The notes: a model not told the origin generated them from the letters alone. Shown: positions 37,329 through 51,077, counted from the first letter of the stretch. The stretch is DNA of 64,000 nt from Protoeuglena noctilucae (GCA_958009085.1 OY253687.1:310001-374000), one strand, 5' to 3'. Numbers and translations are program-made.

Positions 37329-40126
37329 ATGGGATTGGAGGCCAGCCTCGCCGGTGGGGCGGCGGGGGCCGCTCGTGCCGAGGGCGCGGCCGAGGTGAGC
37401 CTGCGCGCCCGGCCCTTGGGAGTTGCCCTGGCTCGCCCCGCCGGGCCGCCTGCAGGTGCCTCCCGCACCCGCGGGGGCCACGTTGCAGAGCGTGGAGCTT
37501 TCGGCGGCCTTCCACGCCCTCCATCGTGCATCCCCGGGCTCCCCGCGCTCACTGCACTCGCTGCGCGCTTGCAGGGAGGCAAGGCCGGCCCGCTCGTCGG
37601 GCTGGGACACGCCGCGGGGCTCGAGCACGGCGCACACGAGATCATGCTCTCGAGCTGCAGCAGCTGCAGCCACTGGTGCCAGGTGGACCAGCAGGTGAGC
37701 CTTGCCACGCCCAGCGTGGCCCTGCGAGGCGGCCACAGCCGGCGCGCCGAGCCCCGCGCGCGTGCCGTGCAGTTGGTATCCTCCAACGCACTCCCCCCGC
37801 GCCGCGTCCGGCCCCGCGCAGGCCGCGGAGGCGTCCATCGACCCCTCCCTGCGCAAGTTCTGGGCCACGCTGCCCGAGGCGAAGCAGCGCAACCTCATGA
37901 CCGTGTCGAAGAAGGCCTTTTTTGAGAAGATTCGGTCGCTGTACTGCTCCCGGTGCTACGGCCTCTTCGTGATGCGGTGAGCCCGGCGAACGTGCGCATG
38001 CCTGTGCGGTCCTATCGTGGGAAGAGCGTGCGACAAACGCCGCTCCTGGCCTGTCGCGCAGGTACGACGAGCTGCGTACGGCGGCGCCCATCGAGTGCCC
38101 GGCGTGCGCGGAGGTGTACGGGGGCCTGGAGGTGGCGGCGGATGGGGCGCTGGTGCTGGGGCGGCGGTATCGGCAAGACCCGTTCCTGCCCATCGGTGAG
38201 GGCCTTGGTTGGGCGCTACGTGGCGCTGCGAGTGATGCGTGCCACAATGCGGTCCGCCAGGGCTACTACTGGTGCTGAGTGGCGGCGCTCCCATGACGAT
38301 CGGTCCACTCACCCGCAAGCGTTCGTCCTTCGCTCGCCCGCAGCTCTGTCCCAGGCGCGGGAGAAGCAGCGCGAGGCGCAGTTCATGCCGGGGATCTGCG
38401 GGTCGGGGTGGAAGAAGCGGCCGGGCGCGACGATGTGCGCGCTGCACACGGCGCCGGTGCCCGGGGCCACCCTGGGGGACTACTGGGCGTCGCTGCCGGA
38501 CGACCACCGGCGCGCGCTCTTCTCGATGCGGGAGGAGGACTTCGTGGCGGAGCTGGACGGGCACATGCGGTACCACCTCAAGATATGCCGCGACTGCCGG
38601 CTCAACGTCACGCGGTGCTTCCGGGACCTCAGGGCCGGTGCGTGGGGGCAGGGGCTGAGAACCACACACGGGCTCGCTTTCGAGATGCTTATCAGCAGGA
38701 ACGTTGGTGCTGTGTGTACGGTCCCATGCTGGGTTTGTATGTGATTGGTACCACCCACCGTTTGCTTGCTTTGTCGAGCTTGTCCCGACACACGATGCTC
38801 GTTCGGCCGCGTGGGTAGAGTAGCACTGCCAACCCCCCTCGCCCGTCTCTCCTCCCCCCGCAGACTGCATGGCGGTGTTCGGGCAGCAGGCGGGGAAGCG
38901 GCCGGGCGTGGGGTGCGGGTGCGGGTCTCACGAGTGCGATGCTGGCGGGGCGGCACACGGGGGTCACGCGGAGAAGGGCCAGGCGGGGGTGCAGGGGTCG
39001 CGGTCGCGGTCGGCGTCGCGGGACAGCGAGGGCGCGCGCGGCGAGGCCCACGGGCGCGGCGGCGGGGCTGGCGGCAGGGCGGGGGGCGCGTGCGAGGGTG
39101 GGGGGTGCCACAGCCACAGCCACGCCATCGTCAACGGGCACGGGGGTTCGAATTCAAATTCGCATGCGCTGGCCCACTCGCACGGGCACGCGTGCGGGGA
39201 GGGGTGCGGGGCGGGGGCCGGCGTGGATGAGGCGGTGTTGGCGGCGCGGGCGGGGCTGGACGTGGGTGCGGGTTTGTCGCTGGTGGCGGTGGCCAACGTG
39301 GTGGTGCTGTGCGGCGACGACGTGGACCATTTGCTGGACCTGGCGGAGGAGCTGGAGGAGCAGAGGGCCAGGTGAGATGGGGGTGGTGGCAAGGAATGGG
39401 ATTGGTGTGTGGGCATGGCATAGCATGGTGAGGGTTGCACTCGCGTTGCATGTATGGACCAGCGCTGGACTCCTTTGTCCAGTTCCACCGCTCCTCACCT
39501 CACCCCCCACTTGTCACCCCGCATTCTCACTCGCCTCACCCTCACCCTCACCGTCACCCTCACCCTCACCCTCACCCTCACCCTGTTACCCCACACTCAC
39601 ACCCCGCCTCCCCCCTCATCACTCCCCAGGAACGGCTACGACCTCGAGGGCGAGGGTCTCCGCCACGCAGAGACGCCGGAGCTGGCGCGGGAGGTGCTGA
39701 GGGAGAGCGCGGCGTTGATCTTCAAAACGCAGATTGAGGTGGCGTTCCGGGAACAGACGGCCGGGCACAACGCCCTCGTGCTCTTCGCCTACCTGGCGCT
39801 GGGGATGATGGCCGGTGAGGGGCGGGGGTACCGGCGGGGGTGGGGGTGGGAGATGAGCTGGGGTGGGTGCTAGTAGCTGTGGGGGGCGTGGTGGGGGTGG
39901 GAGAGGAGCAATGGTGGGTGCTGCCCCGGCTTACGCCCGCACCTCTCACCCCCCTGACCTCTCCTCACCCCTCTTCAACCCCCCTCACCCCTCCTCATCC
40001 CTCCTCACCCCTCCTCTCACCTCCCCACCCCTCACCCCTCCTCACCCCCCCCTCACCCGTCCTCTCCCCGCAGCGGGCATCACGAACGCGTTCCGGGACC
40101 GTGAGGCCAAGCAGCTGCAGGACGAG
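37329..40126 (+). CDS. GGNBP2-like protein (plant/algal type), 3' end lost in gap
   Basis: KFWATLPEAKQRNLM...YCSRCYGL, CALHTA...DYWASL...REEDF...ICRDCRLNV, RHAETPELAREVLRESAALIFKTQIEVAFRE match motifs of plant GGNBP2-family proteins. Contains a Gly/His-rich insert. Confidence 0.72.
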
Positions 40127-40326
40127 NNNNNNNNNNNNNNNNNNNNNNNNNNNNNNNNNNNNNNNNNNNNNNNNNNNNNNNNNNNNNNNNNNNNNNNNNN
40201 NNNNNNNNNNNNNNNNNNNNNNNNNNNNNNNNNNNNNNNNNNNNNNNNNNNNNNNNNNNNNNNNNNNNNNNNNNNNNNNNNNNNNNNNNNNNNNNNNNNN
40301 NNNNNNNNNNNNNNNNNNNNNNNNNN
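40127..40326. other. Assembly gap (200 N)
   Basis: Run of N. Confidence 1.
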
Positions 40327-40781
40327 TGGCGAGGGGTGATAGGGGGGTGTTTGGGGTGATGGGTGCCTGTTGGAGCTGTGGGAGGTGGTGGTGGTGAGCG
40401 AGGGATGGGGCGGTGCGGTGTGTCGGGCTTTGCCTAGTGGAGGAGGGACCGTGGCGCATGCTAGAACTTAGTAACTTGCTTTGAAGCGCTTAGTCTAATT
40501 ATGAAGGTTCGCCTCGCCTGTGTGTGCCAGTCAGACGTCGCCGTTTCAGACACGCACCGCGGTGAGTGATGCGCAAGGAAGCACCATGCTGACATCACAA
40601 AGAGGATGCAGACCACGCGCATCTATATCTGTGTATCTACCTCTCAGCAAGGAGGAATTAGCAGAAGGTCCCTACCCATCCTACTCCGCTCCCTATCACA
40701 CCATGCCCCACCACCACGCCCTCTACCCCCACCCCCGTCGTCACCCCCCCGTGGTGCAGTCAGTCAGTCAGTCAGTCCTGG

Positions 40782-43700
40782 TCACCCCCCCGTGGGCCCA
40801 AACGGCGACTCCCTGTCCGGGGCATCCCTGGGGCCCTCACGCACACCTGCGATGCACGGCCGTGAAACACACGTGAGACACATTGTAGAGAGAGAGCCGC
40901 TTGTTACCGTCAACATTAACACTGACTCCATCAACATCCACCACTACGCACTGTTAACACCACCACTCACCAGCCACCATCACGCAGTCACTTATCACCA
41001 TCCACTCCCACCCCCTTCATGAGCTCACCTCCCGCGCCCTCATGCGAGTGCCTCCTCATCCCCGCCCCAGTCCCCCCCTCCTCCGCCCTCCCCGCGCTCG
41101 CCACGCTCCCTCCCCTCTCCGACCCCTCGGATGCCAGAGTGGACGCCAGAGTGGGCGATTCTGGCACTGACTCGGAGCCCAGGGTGGGCCTGAGTCGGAA
41201 AGCGTCGCCCGCGTCACTGCCGCTCTCACTCGCGCTCGCGTCGGACCAGTTGGCACGGAAGGAAGTGTCGAGGGAATCGCTCTCGTGAGCGGGGTGGGCG
41301 GGGTGGGGGTGTGGGTGCGGGTGGTGGGGGTGCTGGGGTGGGTGGTGTGCGGTGCGGGAGTGCGGGTCGGCGTGGGCGTGGGGGTCGTGGTACCGGACAT
41401 CGCGGTTCGATTCTTGGCCATGTCGACTGCCCTGGCCCAGATCAGATGGGCCCGGTGCCGACCGCACATCTGCCCCCCCAGCCTCCATCAGCACAGCAGC
41501 AGCGGCGGTGGCAGTGGCTGTGACAGCTGCCAAGGGCGCTGCGGATGTCGCCACTGCTGCCGCGTGCTGCGCGTGGGGTGGTAAGCCCTGGCCGGACAGC
41601 CGAGAGGGCCCAGGCCCAGCGGCATGGCCCAAGCCACGGGGGGCGGGGCCGTGGATTGGAGCAGGGTGGTGATGGTGGTGCACCGTAGTACTAGCAGCCA
41701 TGCTAGGGATACCAGGCTGCGCCGTCGCTGTCCTGCCACCCCCGCTGCCCTCGCCAGTGCTTTTGTCGCTTTGACTGGCACCGGGAGCGGGTGCAGGTGC
41801 GGGTGGGGCTGTTGCGGGTGCTGGTGCGTTGTCGTTGAGTGGTGCGGATGGCGTTAGGTCGGGTATGACCGTGTCAATGGAAGCGGATCGGCCTGACCGG
41901 TGAGATGGCGGGGGTGCGGGGGCGTGGGGGCGGAGGGGGGGGGCGTCTGGAGGTAGCATGGCGTGAGGGGTGGCGTGGGGGGTGGGCTCTGGGATGCCGG
42001 CGTGGCGCAGGGATGCGAGGGCACTGCGGGGGAGGTGAGGGTGGAGGGGCAGTGAGAGAAATGCGGGAAGAAGGGAGAGAGCGCGGCGGATGAGTGGTCA
42101 CACCACAGCACTACCAACTCACACCATCTCTAGCCCCAGCCCACGCCACACCGCCGCCCCACCCCGCACAGCAACTCACCGCACCAGCTGCCACTCCACC
42201 TCCTCTTTCCTCCCCATCAGTTCCCGGTTCATCGCCACTTGATCTGCAAACTCCGCCCCCGCAGCCCTGGCCTCTGCCCTAGCGGTGTCTCTTTCGCTCT
42301 CTGCTGTCGCCAGGTGTTTGCGTAATGCAGACAGCTCTCCCGTCAATGCCTGGTGCTGCAGGCGCATGCCCGCTGCCTCCTCGCGCAAGGCACGGCACTC
42401 GGCGGTCAGGACGCTGGGGGGGGGGGGGGGGGGGAAGTGAGGGCGAGGGTGAGGGTGAGGGTGAGGGTGGCAGTGAGGGTGAGGGTGGGGGTGGCAGTGA
42501 GGGTGGTAGCGAGGGTGAGTGTGGGGGTGAGTGGGAGTGGGGGTGAGGGTGAGGGTGGTGAGGGTGCGGCTGAGAGCACCGCCCACCGCACTCCAGCTGC
42601 CCAGTCATTGCTACAACCATCCACTCATATCCACACCCATCTCCACTCACCGCACTTCCGCTGCCCTGTCATCGGCAGCCCTCCTCTCCTCGGCCGCCCG
42701 CGCCAACGCCCCCGCCGCCTCCGCCTTCGCAGACGACTCGGCAGCGCGGGACTGCAGGACATTGAAAAGGCAAATATGACAATTTATAGATCTATGATGA
42801 CAACTGACGATGACAGAGCACCAGCTGCCGCGTCAACCCCACCCCAGCACTTGCAGTCAGCCCCACCTTCTGTCACCACTCACCCACCACCACCCACCTT
42901 ACCGCCACCATAGCACCCCACCACCCCCTCGCCTGCTCAAGCAAAGCCGTAAGCCCCGCTTCCCTCTCCGCCCCCTCGCTTAGCTCCACCTCCGCGTCCG
43001 CCAGCCGCCCCCGCCACTCCCGCTCTTTCGCCACCCCCTCTTTTGCCCTCTCCTCCGCCAGCCCCTCTGCCGCCGCCACCCTCGCCATCGCCTCGTTCAT
43101 CCGACGCTCCACCTCCGCACGCACCTGGGGGATGGGGTGGGGATGCGCGATGAGGGGTGAGCGGCAAGGGGGTGGGGATGTGCTGCGAGAGGTGAGCGGC
43201 AAGGGGGTGAGAGATGTGCGGTGAGAGGTGAGCGGCGCAGGGGAGCGTTACAAGCGTTGAGAGGTGAGGGTTGAGAGGTGAGCGGGTGTAAGGGAAGCGT
43301 TACACGAACAGGGATGAGAGGAGCTGAGGCTGAAAAAGGCCTTGGTGATTGCGTCAGCATGGGTCCCTGACCTTCCATGTCGCGCCGCAGCATCTCATAT
43401 CCACATCCATCTTGTCTCATCGCCTTCTCATCCCCCCATCACATCACCCCCTCGCCTGGTCGAACCACGGCCCCCTCTGTTCCTCCGCCGCCATCTGCGC
43501 CTCGTCTCTCTGCCTCTCCGCCTCCTCCGCCCTCGTCTCCAGCTCCCGCACCCGCATCAGCAGCGCAAGGTTGTCCGCGGCCACCTTGGCGACCGCCGCC
43601 TGAGATCGCTCGGCCGCTCCTGCCGGTCAAGTGCAGGGGTGAGGGGTGATGGGCGATGGGTGAGAGCGAGTCGTTGTGAGGTACAGTAATAGTGAGGTCC

Positions 43701-45016
43701 TGAGAGAGAGGCTGTCAGTCGGGTGCGAGGAGGAGTGGTTGGTGTGATGCGCCACGCTACAAATGGACCAACTGAGGGACCCTGTGTGACCCAATCACAC
43801 CGAGACATGCACCGTCCACGTCACCAGCACTACATCACACAACACAGCCCCACATACCCCATCCCCCACTCGCCCCCCTCACCTCTCGCCCGCCCCGCCT
43901 CCTCCTCCGCCCTCCCCGCCCTCGCCCGGTGCTCCCCCTCACGCTCGGCCGCCTGTGTCGCTGCCGCCCTCGCTTCCGCAGCCTCGCGCTCTGCCTGCTG
44001 CGCGCGCCGCTCCGCGCCCGCCACCTGCGCCGATGCGCAGTCGCGACAGGTTAGTTCACATAACGAGCTGAGCTGGTGGGCTGGCCCTCAGCAGGACACT
44101 CTAAGCGCCAGTTCCCATCCATCGCATATCAGCTCTCACTGCCCCAAGCTCTCACCTTTGCCTGCATCACCTCCATCTCCCGCTGCAGCGACGCCAGCTG
44201 CGTCCGGGCGTGGTGCAGGTCGCCGTCCAGGCTGGAAGCGTGCTGCCCCGCACGCTCCACCTCCCGACCCAGCGCCGCGCCCTCCGCCTCCGCCGCGCGA
44301 AGCCGGGACGCCAGAGACTGCGCTTGACGCGATAATAATAAGCATGTTCTTGCAATGGAAGTATCGCGCGCGGCCGCCGCTCGCCGGTCGCGCGGAGGCA
44401 GAGCAAAGCGTGTTGTCATGCACGGCTGCTCTCCCCGCCCCGGGGACCCTTCCCGGCCCCTCCCGCGCGCCCCGCACCTCCCTCTCGGCTTCCGCCGCCT
44501 CGGCGCGGTCGCGCATCGCCGCGCGATCGACGTCCGCGGCCGCGAGCTTCTCTTTGAGCGCCACGCCCCATCGGTACAGCCCCTGCAGCTCCCCTCCCGC
44601 GTCCTGCAGCACCGCCTGCGCCTCGCGCAGCTGGTCCACCGCGCGCACCGCGAGCTTCCTGCGCGTCGTTGCGCTCAGCTGCGCGCCCTCCTTCTCCGCC
44701 ATCGAACGGAGGCACCCGGACAGCGCGGCCGCAGCCGTGCGCATCTGCTGGAAGACCACGTGCCAGCCCCTGCGACGAGATGGTCGGGGAAGCGTTTAGG
44801 TAGTTGTTTCGGCGCGCGGCGCGTCACTTTCAGAGAGACGCGGAGGAAAAGCGACCCCCGACGCTGGGCGCCGGGAGAGCACCGACTCCGCAAGGGCCGG
44901 CGAGGCAGGGCGCACCCGGGGGCGGATCCGGAAGGCAGACTCGGTTCATCGTCCCGCTCCGCCGGGGCCGCTGGGGCCCCATCGGCGGAGGCGCGGAGGA
45001 CGGCCGGGCCCGTCAT
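40782..45016 (-). CDS. Hypothetical coiled-coil protein with His/Pro-rich disordered C-terminus
   Basis: About 10 short heptad-rich exons (e.g. AADNLALLMRVRELE, QVAMNRELMGRKEEVEWQL), a long exon ~41029-41900 and terminal exon 40846-40782 ending TGA. Start uncertain. Confidence 0.62.
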
Positions 45017-45982
45017 GAATTTACCATGCCCCGCCGGCTGTCTGCTAGAACGCGTACAGCGACCGAAAAGAGAGTCAAACGACGGACGCTTCGGAAAGGG
45101 ACGCAGGGTCAGGGAACCCCCAGGAGCCGGGGACGGCCGCGACCTGTCGCAGGTGACAACGCGCTCAAAACAACGGCCCAGCAAAGAGGCCTGGACGGTG
45201 GGCCGCGCGGACCGCGGAGAGCTTGGCGCATCCGGAGGCAGGCTCGGCCCTCAAGATGGGCCGAGGTGCGGCTGAGCGAGCAGGGAATGACCGGGCGGTG
45301 TCAGATCGCGAGCCTGACGGACGTCGCGGCCATCTGTTCGGTCGCTATGCACGTGAAGGGTGTTTTGCCGCAGTGCTCCTCGCGCGTTCCCTCGAGCCTT
45401 GGTTCCGGTGCAAACCCCTTCGCACGTTGCGCTGCCTCGGACCCGGCGCCGACGGTGAGGATGGGCCGCGCATGCGCGTGTCGATCGAGAGCCGCGTGCC
45501 CCGAATCGCGGAGCGGTCCCCGAGGGAGCGCCTCGACACGGGGCTCTTTGTCCTGATTCCCTCGCGCCGCTCCGCGTCCTGGTCCTGCGATGTGACTCCC
45601 ACGCCCGTCTTTTCACCGTGCACTTGCCAATCGCTCACGGCATCGCGCCTGTCGGCCCCGCCCGCCGTGCCCAGCGCAGGCACACTCCGCCACGGGTTTG
45701 AGGCCGAAGCTCGCGGCCTCCTTGCATCGAAGCCCCGTTGCTTACTAGCGAGCGTTGGTGCTTTGAGCACACATGGCATCGGGGGGCTCACGCTGCTGTA
45801 TTTCCGCGGCTCCGGGCCCTGCGCGTAACGCGATCCTTGTGGGGTTTCAAGGCTACACTGACCTTCCGTTTTCAACTATCTGTCGCAGGGCTCGCACGTG
45901 GTTCTTCCGACCAACACTGCGGAGCCTGCCTTCGTTCCTCCGGCGCCGGACTGTCCGCGACGGGTTCTCATAGCGACACGCG

Positions 45983-48900
45983 ATGCAGACCGCTGCGGCC
46001 CGACCGCGGCTGGGCGCCGTGGCCGCCCACGCGCCGCGTCGCGCCGTTGTCGCCGCCGCCGTGCGAGCGCCACCCGCCGAGTGCGCCCTGGGCCCCCGAT
46101 GGAGAGGCGAGTGGGATTGCGAAGTCATGTTATATGTAATGATTCTCTTCGCGCTTGTCTGAGCACGTTACCGCTTCCTAATCGCCGCAGAGCCTTCCCG
46201 ATGCGCGAGCGCATGTGCCCCGCCCGTCGCAGCAGCACGCTGGCACGTCCGCTGCCGGTCGAGCGCGGCCGTGGCGGGGTCCCCCGCGGAAGGCGAACCG
46301 AGCGGCAGCGGCAGTGGTACTGACACCACCACCACCGCGTCGTCGTCCCCCTACTCGCGTGCCTTCCTCGCCACTCGTCTCATCACGTTTGCCGGGATCG
46401 TGCTGGGATACTCGTGCTTCTACCTGACCCGGTGAGGGATAATACTAGCGGCGGCGTGAACGAATCACTTTGCACTCTGCGTGCATTGACAAACCCCAAC
46501 CCCACAGTAGTGAAAGACACGCACCATACCACCGCACCCCTCACACAAACACAAAAACACCCACCCTCTCTCGCTCTTTACCCCTCTCAGCAACTCCCTC
46601 ACCTACACGGCCCCCGTCATGGTCGCCACGCGCTCGCTTAACATCGACATCACCAACGTCGGTGCTATGACGTCCATCTTCCCCATCGCATATGGGTGCT
46701 CCAAGTTCGTGGCGGGGGTGCTGGGTGAGTTTTTAGTGGAATGGGGAGGTGGAGTGATTGAGATGGGTGAGGTTGGTGAGGGTGACTGTGTTGTGGCATG
46801 GCGTGGCGGGGGCGTAGGTGCGTGGGTGTCGGTCGAGCCTCAGTTATTAGTACTGTCAAATTAATGACCATTGATAAATAACCACTGTCTCCCCTTCTGC
46901 AGGCGCCAAGCTGTCCCCTGCCATCCTGCTGGGTGCGGGGCTGTGCTCCACGGCGGCCATCAACATCATGTTCGGGTTCGGATCATCACTCGGGTGGTTC
47001 TGGTGAGTAGAAATATGTATTGGAGCTGTGATATGTATGAACAAGTTATGCACATGACAGATCTTGCCTCATCTAACTAAGCCACTCGCCACCGATTCAT
47101 CCCCACCGATTCATCCCCACCCACCCATCCACTTGCAGCTTCTGGTGGGCCCTGAACGGCGTGCTTCAGGGCACGGGCGGCCCCGCCTGCGCCCGCATCC
47201 TGACCAATTGGTTCGCATCCAAAGAACGGGGCACTTACTGGGGCATGTGGAACATCGCGCACAATTTGGGGGGGTTCCTGGCCCCCATCATCGCCGGGAC
47301 CGGTGAGGCTGCTAGTTACTATCATATTATTTACTATTACTATTACTATTACTATTACTATTACTATCACTGTCACTGTCACTTGTCACTGTCACTGTCA
47401 TCACTGTCACTGTCACCATCACCATCACTATCACTATTACTGTTACTGTTACTGTCACTATCACCTTCACCTTCACCCCTCCCCCCCGCAGCCGCCAAGC
47501 TGTACGGGTGGAAGTGGGGCATGTGGGTGCCCGGGATATGCGGATTGGTGCTGGGGGTGCTGATTCTGGCGGGGGTCAAGGGTTCCCCCGAGGAGGCGGG
47601 GTTTGACCCGGTGGAGCAGGAAACGACTGCGAAAAAGGACAAGGGGGAGGGTGAAGGTGAGAATTGAAACAATAACACTTGACTGATAATCGTAAGTTTG
47701 TAGCACTGCTAATGGATGGGTTAATGGGTGAGTTGAGTGGAAGGTGGGTGGGGTTTGACCCGGTGGAGCAGGAGACGACGACTGGGGCGAAGAGGAAGGC
47801 TAAGGGGGAGGGGAAGGTGAGGGATTGAGTGATTGAGTAATAGTGCTTATGGATAATTGCAATAATGGATGGGTTTTGATGGGAAGGTGAGCGGGTTTTG
47901 ACCCAGTGGAACCCCCGTCGACATGCTGGTGCAAGACGTTGCTATCTACAGTAGTGCTTGTAACCAATTTAAACCAATAAGTAACTACACCCCTTCTCCC
48001 CACCCCCAGCCCCTTCCCAAGAGCGCTCTCTCGTGGACATGCTGGTGCAAGACGTGCTGCGCAACCCGTACCTATGGGGACTGGCGCTGACGTATTTCTT
48101 CATCTACGTCGTTAGGCAGGGCGTCACGTCGTGGTTCGTGTTTTACCTGATCAAGGCCAAGGGGGTGGCGGACGCGGGGTCGGCGGCGCTCAGGTGGGGG
48201 AGTGGGTTCAATGGGCGTTAATTATAGGGGTAAATGGGAATTGGGTGGTTGATAATGGATATGGATGTGGTTGATTGGCTGGGTGGCGGACGCGGGGTCA
48301 CCAGCTTGGTTAGGAGTAGCTGGGTTCGCTTTTACTATTGATCTCTCTCATCTCACTCCCCGTCACCCCTTATCCCCCTTATCTCAGGGTGTCTGGGCTG
48401 GAGCTGGGGGGTCTCTTCGGGTCGCTGCTGGCGGGGCGTCTGTCCGACCACCTCATCAGCAAAGGGGGCAAGGGGGGGGCGGTGGGGAAGCGCATACAGG
48501 CGAGTTGCTGAGAATGCGGGGTTGTTTGGTTTGCAATATTGTGTATGTGATAGCAACTCATCAGCAGGGGTGGTGGTGAAGGGGGGTGGTGGGCATCCAT
48601 CAGTTATGCCCGTCAACAAGTACCTGATGACACCTCTAAATCTATTGTTTATTGCATCTGATACATAATTATATCATTGGTACGTATCCCTTCTCCCCCC
48701 AGGTGGTATATATAACACATATCATTTATCATCATTACCCCTTTCCCCCCTTACAGGTGGTGCTGGGCTACACCGTGGGCATTATTTAACAATCGACAGC
48801 TACTGATAATATCAATATATCCAACCTTATTCACATGTCTTCCCCCTCCCAGGTGGTGCTGGGCTACACGGTGGGCATCGCGGCCATGCTGGTGGCCTTC

Positions 48901-49666
48901 GCGTCTACTCCCGCGTCCCTGGGGTGGCTGCAGTGGGTGACGGTCTTCATGATCGGGTTCTTCCTCTACGGACCGCAGATGCTCATCGGGCTCTGCGGGG
49001 CGGAGGTGAGAGAGGGGGTTGAGTAAGGGGTTTCAAGTGCTAATGGGGCTGTGTGGGGCGGAGGTGGAGGGGGGGGGGGGTAGGGGTTGGGTGCTGTGGG
49101 GTGGTGCAAAGGTTCAGTTGTAAACAGATTAGTACGAAATCCATTTGCTAGCTTCCATCGCATCCTGTGCGTCCCAAGTCAGTCAGTCAGTCCGTCCATG
49201 CACTGCTCGTCGTGTCCACTATTACTATTACAGTTATTATCATTATACATTACCTAATCTTCTCCCATCCGCAGATTGTGGGCCCCAAGTCGGTGGGTGC
49301 GTCTGAGGGCTTCCTGGGCTGGATTGCGTACCTGGGGGCAGCCAACGCCGGCATCCCCCTCTCCATCATCGTCAAGGAGTTCGGTGAGCGGGTGATAATA
49401 TATGAATGAGTTAATAGTACGTAAAAAAATTGGAAACGCATGAACACACGTCACCCCTTCCACTGTCCTTGTTGTGTTTAACACACTCTCACCCATATTT
49501 CACACCAACCATCTCCCCTCATCTCTCCCCCCCAGGCTGGTCTGCGTATTTCTCCACACTGCTCGCCGCCTGTGGATTCGCGTGCCTGCTGATGCTGCCC
49601 ATGCTCAACGTCAAGAGCTACGTGCAACGCGTGGCGGCTAAGAAAGCGAAAGCGGGGGGGGTGTGA
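45983..49666 (+). CDS. uhpC: Plastid UhpC/GlpT-family hexose-phosphate MFS transporter
   Basis: Ala/Arg-rich transit peptide; GYSCFYLTRNS, AYGCSKF, NWFASKERGTYWGMWNIAHNLGG, YVVRQGVTSW, ELGGLFGSLLAGRLSD, GFFLYGPQMLIGLCGAE, ASEGFLGWIAYLGAANAGIP. About 12 exons. Confidence 0.93.
47317..47476 (+). repeat. Intronic compound microsatellite (TAT/TAC)n-(CACTGT)n
   Basis: Read directly. Confidence 0.9.
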
Positions 49667-49920
49667 GGGATGTGAGGGGGGGGCTGTGAGGGATGGGAGG
49701 GTGGGGGTGGGGGAGTGGCAGTGGGGGTAGGGGTGGGGTGACAGTGGGGGTGGCAGTGAGGGTGGCAGTGGGGGTGGCAGTGAGGGTGGCATGGGGGGTG
49801 GCAGTGAGATTGGTGGGAGAGTGGGGTGGCAGTGAGGGTGGCAGTGGGGGTAACAGTGAGGGTGAGAGTGTGAGTGGAGGTGGCAGTGAGAGTGGGGGCA
49901 GTGAGAGTGAGAGTGGAGCA
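49667..49920 (+). repeat. Hexamer-based minisatellite (GTGGCA/GTGAGG/GTGGGG)n
   Basis: Same motif family at 42437-42566, 53198-53245, and as reverse complement at 39530-39585 and 63820-63880. Confidence 0.85.
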
Positions 49921-51077
49921 ATGAGGCGTCTGTTGTAGACGTTACAGTCGACAAGCGCTAATGCTCTCCGATGCATGTTTGGTATCAACTGTCGACAATT
50001 AACCTCCCGCCAAACCGTAACCCTGTCGCGTCGACCTTTCCTGCGCTTTTGAATGGTCGGCATGCCGATTAAAACATACGCATAGATGCAGAGAGCGCAG
50101 CGTTGGGCAAGGGAGTTTACTACTAGCAATACTAACGATAGTTTCGGAGAGTGAGCGACACCGTGCATGCCACATGCACACACAAATGCTGGAAAGCTAT
50201 CCATGATCTACAGAGCAGGGAGTGCGTGGGAATGCCTGGGCATGGAAATGCAAAGTCGATGACAAAGAGACTTAGTGTGCAACAGCTTGACCGACCCCAC
50301 CACTACCGCTACCCCAGAAGCCCTTCCCTTGTTAGCCACACACCCCTCACACCCCCCAGTCAGGCATTACCGCCCCCACCCGGCCCACGCGCGCATTTTG
50401 GGTGACGACAGCGCCACATATCGCATCCAACGCTCGCGATGACCCATGGATGGCAACGACGATGGGTGGTCGAGCAATTGTGGGTGACTGAGCGTTGTTG
50501 GTTGGTCTGGTTGGTCGAGCAATGGTGGGTGGTCCAGCGATGCAAGTTGGTTTGGTGATTGAGGGTGGTCGAGCAGTAGTGGGTGGATAAGCGACGATGG
50601 GGGCTGGTCTGTGTTCGTGGCAGGCACAGCAGGCTCAACCACCCCGTTGCTGTGCCCCACCAATGCCACCCCATCCCCAGCCACCCCACCACCCTCCCCA
50701 TTCCCTCCCACCCCATTGCTGTGCCCATCCCCAGCCACCCCTCCCACCCCACCACCATCTCTGCTCCTAGCCCCCCCGTTGCCCTCACCACCCAGCCCAT
50801 CCCCTGCCACCCGCAATGCCGCATCCCCTGCCACCCCTCCACTCTGCCCCATCCCAGCCACCCCATTGCCCTCCCTGCTCCCTTCCTCCCAACCCCTCTC
50901 ACCACCCAGCCCCATCCCTCCCACCCCACCACCCTCACCACTCCGCCCCATCAACGCAACCCCACCCCTGTCACCCCCCTGCCCCATGCAAGCCACCCGC
51001 AATGCCGCCTCCACCCCCGGCCACGCGATTAGAGAAGCCTCGAATGCCCTCTCCTGATCCTCACGCTCTCGCTCCTG

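Noticed and set aside
42416..42570. (GTGAGG)n and poly-G as telomeric repeat
   Set aside because: Not TTAGGG/TTTAGGG; internal, degenerate and intronic.
50360..51057. ORFs in the G-rich/C-rich intergenic tract
   Set aside because: Translations are low-complexity products of simple repeats with no supported splice structure.
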